In this document: piece after piece, positions 49,701-60,800 of the stretch
Position numbering within the stretch: the stretch's first letter is position 1
Layout of the letters: each line of letters opens with the position of its first letter
Assembly (NCBI GenBank): GCA_964016885.1
Contig: OZ024760.1
Coordinates: forward strand, 4,092,001-4,156,000
Length of the DNA: 64,000 nt
From: Eledone cirrhosa
Lineage: Eukaryota
Direction of reading: 5' to 3'
Made by a program: the position numbers and the translations under genes
The notes under the pieces: model-generated
What the model saw: only the letters and a program-made list of their open reading frames with translations
What the model was told of the DNA's origin: nothing
Databases searched by the model: none

Positions 49701-52700
49701 CATTCGAACCCATTCATTCAATCACTTCTATGTCCTAAATTCACACTATATCATATTTTCACCATTCTATATCATATCTTTTCTCTAAAAATCATATTTT
49801 CCCTATCACCGCATTTTCTCTATCGTAATTTCTTAAACAAAACAAATCTTGTATTTTCGTTTATTGTTAAATCATGCCCAAAATACGGCGATCTTATCTT
49901 AAACCTTACATTCTCGCTAACAACCCATCATCCCTCCCTCCCGCCCCCACGCACCACCATTATTACGTGGACCAATCATAAGTCAGAGGCCCATACTATC
50001 GCTTAACTGGTTGCTTTTCGATATGATGGATGGACTACGGAATTCTGGAGAGTTGAAGAGAGAAAAATGTGGACGCTCAGCGACAATGCCAAAGATAAAG
50101 CCAAATTCACCTCGTGGACGAGAATGCAAGCACTCCCCCTTGTTTCGGCCCAGGATGGCTAACATAACCCCCCCCCCCCCCCCCGCCGCTCCCACCCTCC
50201 AAACGCAATCCAAAACTTCAGAGTTGGTACCATGAATGTAGGCACCTTAAAGGGTCGCTCTAACGAGGTTGTAGAAATGCTTGAACGTAAGGAGGTCGAT
50301 GTTTGTTGTATTCAAGAGACCAGGTGGAGGGGAGGGTCGGCTAGATTCATCGTGGGTAAAGAGCGATGCTATAAGCTTTTCTGGGTGGGAAATGACAATG
50401 GGTTGGGTGGGGTAGGAATCATGGTAGCAGAAAAGTGGGCAGATAAGATAATAGACGTAAATAGAGTGAACGACAGAATAATTAAAATAAGACTTGTCCT
50501 CAATAAAACTACGGTGACAGTAATATCTGCGTACGCACCCCAATCCGGACTGCCCCGCGCTATAAAAGACAGATTCTACGAGACACTGATGCTCGCTACC
50601 TCCCAAATAACCGACAGTGACTATATAGTTATTGCAGGCGACCTAAATGGTCACGTTGGACAACATTGTGACGGCTATGACGGAATCCATGGAGGCTATG
50701 GGTTCGGTACTAGAAATGAGGAAGGCTCCAGAATCCTGGAATTCTGCGACGCAAATAACTTAACTATCTGTAACACTAACTTCAAAAAACGAGACAATCA
50801 CTTGATCACCTATAGATCGGGGGAACACACAAGCCAGGTAGATTATATCCTTACCAGAAGACGTGACAGAGTGTCTGTTGTTAACACTAAATCCCACCCC
50901 CATGAAGAATTCACCTCCCAACATAGACTGATAATTAGCGACCTCATAGTCAGGACGAGACGTACTAGACAGCGGAAGAGGACTATCCTCAGGAGAAAAA
51001 TATGGAAGCTAAAGGACCCCATAGCCAGAAATAAATTTCAAAGCAAATTACTTGACGCTTTCGACAGTAAGGAAGAGCAATTAGAGTCGTATAATATAGA
51101 GGAACAGTGGGAATTTCTGAGAGCAAACCTGCTGACGGCGGCAGACGAAGTCTGTGGCTGGAGCAGGCCTGTAGGTAGGAGGAGAGTAACATGGTGGTGG
51201 AACAGTAAGGTGGAGGAGTCAATTAAGGCCAAAAAGCAGGCTTGGAAAGTATGGCGGGATGGGGGAAGTAGAGAAGACTATCAAGTGGCCAGGAGGGAAG
51301 CTAGGAGACAAGTGTACTTCGCAAGAAGGGAAGCAGAGGAAAGAAAGTTCAAGCATGTTCTACAACGTGAGGACCAAAAACGTGAGGTGTTCAGGATTGC
51401 CAGGCAATGTGTCAAGGAAAACCGTGATATTGTCGGGGAGAAGTGTGTACTTAACGATGATGGCATACTTGCCATCACCGACGCTGATAAGAAGGTAGCT
51501 TGGAAGTGTCACTACGAAAGGCTTCTAAATGAGGAGAACAAATGGGAGAAAGACAGTCTCCCCCAGATCGATCCAATAGAGGGACCAGCAGTGTTAGTTG
51601 AAGGTAGTATAATAAGTAAGGCAATCAAAGATATGAAGACGGGTAAGGCGGCTGGGCCTTCGGAAATAGTTGCTGAGATGCTGAAGGCATCTGGTTCGGT
51701 GGGACACACCATGGTTACCCGGATAGTTAACCAAGTCGTACAGAATGGGGTTGTTCCGAAGGAATGGCGTAGCAGCATCATCGTTAACTGCTATAAGGGA
51801 AAAGGAGATGCCCTAGATAGGAGTAACTATAGAGGCATTAAATTAATCGACCAGGTCATGAAGGTCACGGAAAAAGTAATAGCGCAACTAATCAGAGAGA
51901 GAATTGATCTAGATGAAATGCAGTTCGGGTTTGTGTCAGGCAAAAGTACCACAGACGCTCTTTTCATTGTACGACAACTACAGGAGAAGTACCTAGCTAA
52001 AAGTAAACCCCTATACTTAGCTTTTGTCGACTTGGAGAAAGCCTTCGACAGAGTCCCCCGTTCCATTATCTGGTGGTCTCTTAGAAAACTAGGTGTTGAC
52101 GAATGGCTTGTGAGAGCTATACAAGCCATGTATAAAGAAACAGTCAGTAAGGTTAGAATTAACAACGAATATAGTGAAGAGTTTAGCGTAAAAGTTGGTG
52201 TCCATCAGGGCTCTGTACTTAGCCCCCTACTATTTATTATTGCCCTTCAGGCTATAACAGAGGAGTTCAAGACCGGCTGACCATGGGAACTCCTATACGC
52301 AGATGATCTAACGCTCATAGCTGAATCAATGACCGAACTAGAGAAGAAATTCCAAACGTGGAAGCACGGCCTAGAATCAAAAGGCCTTAAAATTAACCTG
52401 GCTAAGACTAAAGTTCTAGTTTGTAGGAAAGAAAATAAGGCGGCGGTCCCATCGGGGAAATGGCCATGCTCAGTGTGTAGGAAAGGCGTAGGTAGAAACT
52501 CCATTTTATGTCCCAAATGCAAAGTATGGGTGCATAAAAGATGTAGTGGGATCACAGGTAAGCTAACTAAGAACATAGATTTTACATGTGGCCGGTGCTC
52601 TGGTGCAATAAGTAGCAGCAAGTGCCCACAAAATACTAGCTCCTTCAACTGCGCAGAGGGTTCTATAGAAATAGTGGACAGCTTCCGTTATCTGGGTGAC

Positions 52701-53762
52701 AAAATCAGCAGTGGGGGAGGGTGCTCTGAAAGTACAGTAGCTAGAGTCAGAACTGGATGGAAAAAGTTCAGAGAGCTTATACCACTATTAGCCGCTAGAG
52801 GGTTCTCCCTAAAAATGAAAGGCAGGTTATACGATGCCTGCATACGAACAGCAATGCTGCATGGCAGTGAGACCTGGGCATTGTGTGCAGAGGATATACG
52901 CAGACTAGAGAGGAACGAAGCTTGCATGCTCCGCTGGATGTGCAATAGTAATATACGTGAACGGCAAAGCATAAACGAACTAAGGAAAAAATTAGAAATA
53001 AGAGGGATCAGATGTTGTTTACTCGAGAGAAGGCTACGTTGGTACGGTCACGTGATGCGCATGAAAGACGACAGCTGTATAACAAAGTGCAGGGCAATAA
53101 AGATAGACGGTAGCCACGGAGTAGGCAGACCCAGAAAAACATGGGACGAGCTGATAAATTCCGACCTCACACGCTTACACCTCTCCAAGACAATGTCACT
53201 GGACCGAGACCTTTGGCGGTACTCAGTAATAGAGAAGACCCGCCTTACCTAAATACAAAGTAAAAACCTACTACAGTCAGTAGGCACCTCTATCAAAACA
53301 CACACCCGTCCCACCACCCCTTTCAATGTAAAGTTATGTTGGTCCCACAACATCCAGGCCGAAACAAATGAGATCGTGTAGGTGTCACGACAAAAAACAC
53401 ACAGTCCACGCTGTAAATGTGGCCGTGTAGGCAACACGGTAAAAACCTCCCAGCCCCACACTGTAAATGTGGTTGGTGTTAGGAAGGGCATCCAGCTGTA
53501 GAAAACCCGCCAGACAGTCCACGCTGTAATGTGGCCGTGTAGGCAACACGGTAAAAACCTCCCAGCCCCACACTGTAAATGTGGTTGGTGTTAGGAAGGG
53601 CATCCAACTGTAGAAAACCCGCCAGACAGTCCTACGCGAGCAAGACAACCACTCTTGCCTCAAGTGGGAAAACCCCCGTCCAAACCCATGCAAGCGTGGA
53701 ACACGGACGCTAAACCTGATGATGATGATGATGATGATATATATATATATATATATATATAC

Positions 53763-53802
<40 letters not shown>

Positions 53803-54790
53803 GACTGTTGTTGTTGTGGTTGTGGTAGTGGTGATGGTCAGTGTTGAGAGAGAGAGAGGGAAAGCGAGAATAAGCTTCAGATCATACCTTCAATAGCAAG
53901 ACATTTTCCATTCCAGAGTTTCTCCAGCTTGGTCAGTTGGGAATGTTGTCGAATTGTGACAACCATTTGGACATCAAATTTCTCTGTGTAGAATACAAAC
54001 AAACCAATCCACAGCTCTGCTACCGACTGTTTGTTCTGACCACAATACTTCCAGGTATTCTTCTATATATATCAGAACAAAATATGGTAAAGGATATTAT
54101 CTGATGCTCAAACAATTCTGCCAATCCACCACCCAAAGTAAATAAAGAATAATTGTTTCTACTTTTTGGCACAAGACCAGCAATTACCCCAGGGCATTAC
54201 TGGTACTTTATTTTATCGAAAGGCAAAGTTAACCTCGGCGGGATTTCAACTCAGACTGTAAAGGTCCGTCTGAGTAAATAAATAATAATGAAATAAAAAA
54301 GGTGACATAATTTACCAGAAGAAAAACTAAACAACCTCCCATCTGTAATAACAATGGAGCTAAAGACAAGCGAGGAACTGCTCCCCTGGAGCAGATACAA
54401 ACTATGCAGAGTGGAAACGGCTAAACCGTCTAAGATTTGGTATTGGACGTGCACAAATCACTCTTGCAAAATGGGGATATTTAAAGGATGAGGATGTTGT
54501 GTGTGACTGCAGCATTGAACCACAGACTACGCTGCAACTCCTGATATGTCCCCTGCTGGTACACCCCTGCACAGCATTGGACTTGGCAGAGTTTAATGAG
54601 AAAGGACAGCAATGTGTTTAGCTGTGGCAGAACCACATCTAGCTAAGCTCTGTAACTGTCATTCTTGTGAACAAGGCAAGAAGAAGAAGAACTTACCAGG
54701 TTAGCCAAGTCTTCAAAGAACCAGGCATTCCAACTGTCAACCAAGTGGACAGGTTTCTCACCCTCATATAACTGAAATGGTGGAAACAGA

Positions 54791-54825
<35 letters not shown>

Positions 54826-57800
54826 AACAACATCGGGACTATGAATATGAAGAACACAAAAGACACAAAGAAGACAAGGTATCTTACCTCTTGCAAAACA
54901 GGAATCACTGGAGGATCACACTGCTGTAGATAATGCAGTAACATGAGGATGTAGGCATAGGAAGAAAGACTGCCTTTAGAGGCATCTCCTATTTCACAAA
55001 CCTAAACAGAACAAATAAAAATACAATTTATAAATTTATTTTTAATAATAATGAAAATAATTGTGTACAGTACTCAGATGCACTACAACTCATCAAAAGT
55101 GCATGTATAGTACATAGAATAATGTACAAATGTCAGGAAAGTGAACAGTGCAAGTAGACCAAGGAAAACCTGGGTGGAGGTGCTGAGAGCTGATCTCAAA
55201 TCGGTGAAGCTCATAGTAGAGATGATGAAAGAATTCGACGAGTGGAGAGATGTTATATATAATAATAGTAATGAAATTATTGTCTACAGTGTTCAGATGC
55301 ACAACTCATCAATGGTTCATGTATAGTACATAGAATAATGTACAAATGTCAGGAAAGTAAACAGTGTATGAGTCTTGATATAAACACAGATATATGCATG
55401 CATGTGTATGGAAGGAGAATATCAGGTGTAGTGTTGGCAAATTTCGGGAAGTTTTGAAGGATGCAGTGTCCCGATAACTAACAACAGATGCAGGTAGTTT
55501 GATGACATTCATATATGTATATAAATATCATCATCATCATCATCATCATCATCATCGTTTAACGCCCATATTCCACGCTTGCATGGGTTTCGACGGGAGT
55601 TTTCCCACTTGAGGCAAGAGTGGTTGTCTTGCTCACATAGGACTGTCTGGCGGGTTTTCTACGGCTGGATGCCCTTCCTAACACCAACCACATTTACAGT
55701 GTGGAACTGGGAGGTTTTTACCGTGTTACCTACACGGCCACATTACAGCGTGGACTGTGTGTTTTTTTGTCGTGACACCTACACGACCTCATTTGTTTCG
55801 GGCTGGATGTTGTGGTACCAACATAACTTTACATTGAAAGGGGTGGTGTGGATGGGGTGGGGGTAGTGGGACGGGGGTGTATTTTGTTAGAGGTGCCTAC
55901 TGACTGTAGTAGGTTTCACTTTGCACTTAGGTAAGGCGGGTCTTCTCTATTACTGTGTAGCGCCAAAGATCTCGGTCCAGTGACATTGTCTTGGAGAGGA
56001 GTAAGTGTGTGAGGTCGGAATTTATCAAGTCGTCCCAGGTTTTTTCTGGGTCTGCCTACTCCGTGACTACCGTCTATTTTTATTGCCCTGCACTTTTTTA
56101 TACAGCTGTCGTCTTTCATGCGCATCACGTGACCATACCAACGTAGTCTTCTCTCGAGTAAACAACATCTGATCCCTCTTATTCCTAATTTCTCCCTTAG
56201 TTCGTTTATGCTTTGCCGTTCACGTATATTACTATTACACATCCAGCGGAGCATGCAAGCTTCGTATATCCTCTGCACACAATGCCCAGGTCTCACTGCC
56301 ATGTAACATTGCTGTTCGTATGCAGGCATCATACAGCCTGCCTTTCATTTTTAGAGAGAACCTTTTAGCGGCCAATAGTGGTATAAGCTCTCTGAACTTT
56401 TTCCATCCCGTTCTGACTCTAGCTACTGTACTGTCAGAGCACCCTCCCCCACTGCTGATTTTGTCACCCAGGTAACGGAAGCTATCCACTATTTCTATAG
56501 AACTATCTGTGCAATGGAATGAGTTAGTATTCTGTGGGTACTTGCTGCTACTTATTGCACCAGAGCACCGGCCACATATAAAATCTATATTCTTAGTTAG
56601 CTTACCTGTGATCCCACTACATCTTTTATGTACCCATACATTGCATTTGGGACATAAAATGGAGTTTCTACCTACTCCTTTCCTACACACTGAGCATGGC
56701 CATTTCCCAGATGGGACCGGTGCCCTATTTTCCTTCCTACAAACTAGAACTTTAGTCTTAGACAAGTTAACTTTAAGGCCTTTTGATTCTAGGCCATGCT
56801 TCCATGTTTGGAATTTCTTCTCTAGTTCAGCCATTGATTCAGCTATGAGCGTTAGATCATCTGCATATAGGAGTTCCCATGGGCAGTCGGTCTTGAACTC
56901 CTCTGTTATAGCCTGAAGGGCAATAATAAATAGTAGGGGGCTAAGGACGGAGCCCTGATGAACACCAACTTTTACGCTAAACTCTTCACTATATTCGTTG
57001 TTAATTCTAACCTTACTGACTGTTTCTTTATACATGGCTTGTATAGCTCTCACAAGCCATTCGTCAACACCTAGTTTTCTAAGAGACCACCAGATAATGG
57101 AACGGGGGACTCTGTCGAAGGCTTTCTCCAAGTCGACGAAAGCTAAGTATAGGGGTTTACTTTTAGCTAGGTACTTCTCCTGTAGTTGTCGTACAATGAA
57201 AAGAGCGTCTGTTGTACTTTTACCTGACACAAACCCGAACTGCATTTCGTCTAGATCGATTCGCTTTCTGATTAGTTGCGCTATTACTTTTTCTGTGACC
57301 TTCATGACCTGGTCAATTAATTTAATGCCTCTATAGTTTCCCCTATCTAGGGCATCACCTTTACCCTTGTAGCAGTTAATGATGATGCTGCTGCACCAGT
57401 CCTTCGGAACAACCCCATTCTGTATGACTTGGTTTACTATCCGGGTGACCATAGTGTGTCCCACCGTTCCAGATGCTTTCAGCATTTCGGCAACTATTTC
57501 CGAAGGCTCGGCCGCCTTGCTCGTCTTCATGTCTTTGATCACCTTACTTATTATACTACCTTCAACTTGCACTGCTGGTCCCTCTATTGGGTTGATGTGG
57601 GGGAGACTGTCTTTCTCCCAATTATTCTCCTCATTTAGTAGCCTTTCGTAGTGACACTTCCAAGCTACCTTCTTATCAGTGTCAGTGATGGCAAGTACAC
57701 CATCATCATTAAGGACACACTTCTCCCCGACAATATCACTGTTTTCCTTGACACATTGCCTAGCAATCCTGAACACCTCACGTTTTTGGTCCTCGCGTTG

Positions 57801-60800
57801 TAGAACATGCTTGAACTTTCTTTCCTCTGCTTCCCTTCTTGCGAAGTACACTTGTCTCCTAGCTTCCCTCCTGGCCACTTGATAGTCTTCTCTACTTCCC
57901 CCATCCTGCCATGCTTTCCAAGCCTGCTTTTTGGCCTTGATTGACCTCTCCACCTTACTGTTCCACCACCAAGTTACTCTCCTCCTGCCTATAGGCCTGC
58001 TCCAGCCACAGGTTTCATCTGTCGCCTTCAGCAGGTTAGCTTTCAGGAATTCCCACTGTTCCTCTATATTGTATGACTCTAATTGCTCTTCCTTAATATC
58101 AAAAGCATCAAGTAATATGCTTTTAAATTTATTACTGGCTGTGGGGTCCTTTAATTTCCATATTTTTCTCCTGAGGATAGTCCTCTTCTGTTGTCGAATA
58201 CGTCTCGTCCTGACTATGAGGTCGCTAATTATGAGTCTATGTTGAGAGGTGCATTCTTCATGGGGGAGGGATTTAGTGTTTACAACAGACACTCTGTCAC
58301 GTCTCCTGGTAAGGATATAATCTACCTGGCTTGTGTGTTCCCCCGATCTATAGGTGATCAAGTGATTGTCTCGTTTTTTGAAGTATTTCTAGTACCAAAC
58401 CCATAGCCTCCATGGATTCCGTCATAGCCATCACAATGTTGTCCAACATGACCATTTAGGTCGCCAGCAATAATTATATAGTCACTGTCGGTTATTTGGG
58501 AGGTAGTAAGCATCAGTGTCTCATAGAATCTGTCTTTTATAGTGCCGGGCAGTCCGGATTGGGGTGCGTACGCAGATATTACTGTCACAGTAGTTCTATT
58601 GAGGACAAGTCTTATTTTAATTATTCTGTCGTTCACTCTATTTACGTCTATTATCTTATCTGCCCACTTTTCTGCTACCATGATTCCTACCCCACCCAGC
58701 CCATTGTCATTTCCCACCCAGAAAAGCTTATAGCATCGTTCTTTACTCACGATGAATCTAGCAGATCCACCCCTCCACCTGGTCTCTTGAATACAATAAA
58801 CATCGACCTCCTTACGTTCAAGCATTTCTACAACCTCGTTAGAGCGACCCTTTAAGGTGCCTACATTTATGGTACCAACTCTGAAATTTTGGATTGCGTT
58901 TGGCGGTGGGGCGCAGAGGGGGATGGGGGAGATGGGGTTATGTTAGCCATCCGCGGCCGAAACAAAGAGGAGGAGTCCTTGCATTCTCGTCCATGAGGTG
59001 AATTTGTCTTTATCAGTATATATATATATATATATATATAATGATGATGATGATATCCATATAAATATAAATACATATACATACACACACACATATCATC
59101 ATCATCATCTAATGTCCATTTTTCCTGCTCGTACAAATTAGACTGTCCCTCCTCATGTCGGAACCATCCAGTCCCATACTATAAATGTGGTTGGTGTTAG
59201 GGATGGCATCCAGCTGTAAAATACCCGGCCAAATTTACAGTCCTTGCTGGAGCAAGGTACGACACATGGCCAACCTGTCTAACCCATGTAAGCATGGAAG
59301 AATTGACGCTAAACAGAAATGATGATGATTTTACATATATATGAGTTCAATGTTTTAGATGTTGTACAGCAGGCATGTCGAACTGAGGGTCCCCTGAGAG
59401 TCACATAGGTCACATATGTGTTATCTGAGGGCCACACATGAAAGCTAATTGCGCACATTACAACTAATTTTTTTAAATTTTATATTACGAAGATAAAACA
59501 TGCTCGCGCTGTAAAAACCTTTGTGTGGGCCGCAGGTGTGCTAGTAAAGGGCTGCATATTTGACATGCCTGTTGTACAGGATAGTAGAAAGTATCAGATG
59601 TCTCTTACCTTAGCAAAAACCTTCAAAGCATACCCGAGAATGGATACTCGATTGTCAATTTGTGTATACAATTTCAGTAGCTTAGTGTTATGCTGAGCCT
59701 AGAACATGTTAATAGATGAAAACATAAATTTTGTGTTATTATTGCTATTTGACATGAAAGAATGTTAATAATGTATTTTAAAATTTCCTTTATAAGTTGA
59801 TGTATTGTCTCTAAACAATCCATTATAAGTTGATGTGTTGTCTCTAAACAATCCATTGTAGGTTGATGTATTGTCTCGAAACAATCCATTGTAGGTTGAT
59901 ATATTGTCTCTAAACAATCCATTATAGGTTGATGTATTGTCTCTAAACAATCCATTATAAGTTGATGTGTTGTCTCTAAACAATCCATTATAGGTTGATG
60001 TATTGTCTCTAAACAATCCATTATAGGTTGATGTATTGTCTCTAAGCAATCCATTGTAGGTTGATGTATTGTCTCTAAACAATCCATTATAGGTTGATGT
60101 ATTGTCTCTAAACAATCCATTATAAGTTGATGTATTGTCTCTAAACAATCCATTATAGGTTGATGTATTGTCTCTAAACAATCCATTATAGGTTGATGTA
60201 TTGTCTCTAAACAATCCATTATAGGTTGATGTATTGTCTCTAAACAATCCATTATAAGTTGATGTATTGTCTCTAAACAATCCATTATAGGTTGATGTAT
60301 TGTCTCTAAACAATCCATTGTAGGTTGATGTATTGTCTCTAAACAATTCAAACCACATGAAATTGCATTAGCAAGACATTCTTTAAAAATACAAAACAGC
60401 ACTAGGGCTACATCACATCAAAAATTGAAGTCTTTAATTTATTGCAAATTTTCACAACAATCTGCTCAGTAGTGAAGATACTATAATCATTTGAATTAAC
60501 AAACCACATGAGCAAAGGCATTCTTGAAAAGTAGTCTTAATAACAAGAAAGTTAGTTATCTATATATAAATTTGAGCGACTTCCGTCCGTCTGTCACACA
60601 ATGTGTGTGTGTGTGTGTAAAAGGAAGGGGGATGGTAAAAAAACTATAGCAAAACAGTGGCTGGTATTCCATTTGCTACACTGTGTGAGTGTATGTGTAT
60701 GTGTGTGTTTGTGTAAATGCATGTGTGTGTGTGAATGTATGTGTTTGTGTGAATGTCTGTGAGTGTGTATTTTTGTGTCTATTTGCGCGTTTATATTGAT

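Larger units (their letters stand above)
47705..53738 (+). mobile_element. RTE-clade LINE, apparently full length, in a TUT intron (antisense to TUT)
   Basis: APE + RT ORF, 3' UTR ending in (GAT)n, both ends embedded in (TA)n. The 5' boundary assumes the 202-bp array belongs to the element. Confidence 0.85.

Noticed and set aside
47938-50006. Repeated 97-aa ORFs
   Set aside because: By-product of the 202-bp array; TTG starts and no recognisable domain.
52278-52280. In-frame TGA at a Cys position as possible selenocysteine or readthrough
   Set aside because: The other copy has TGC and no SECIS was recognised; a nonsense mutation is simpler.
56509-58855. ORFs antisense to the LINE copies
   Set aside because: Shadow ORFs of the RT frame, shared only because the copies are similar.
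59674-60402. Repetitive ORFs and a CRISPR-like regular array
   Set aside because: 33-bp head-to-tail minisatellite with no unique spacers, in a eukaryotic intron.
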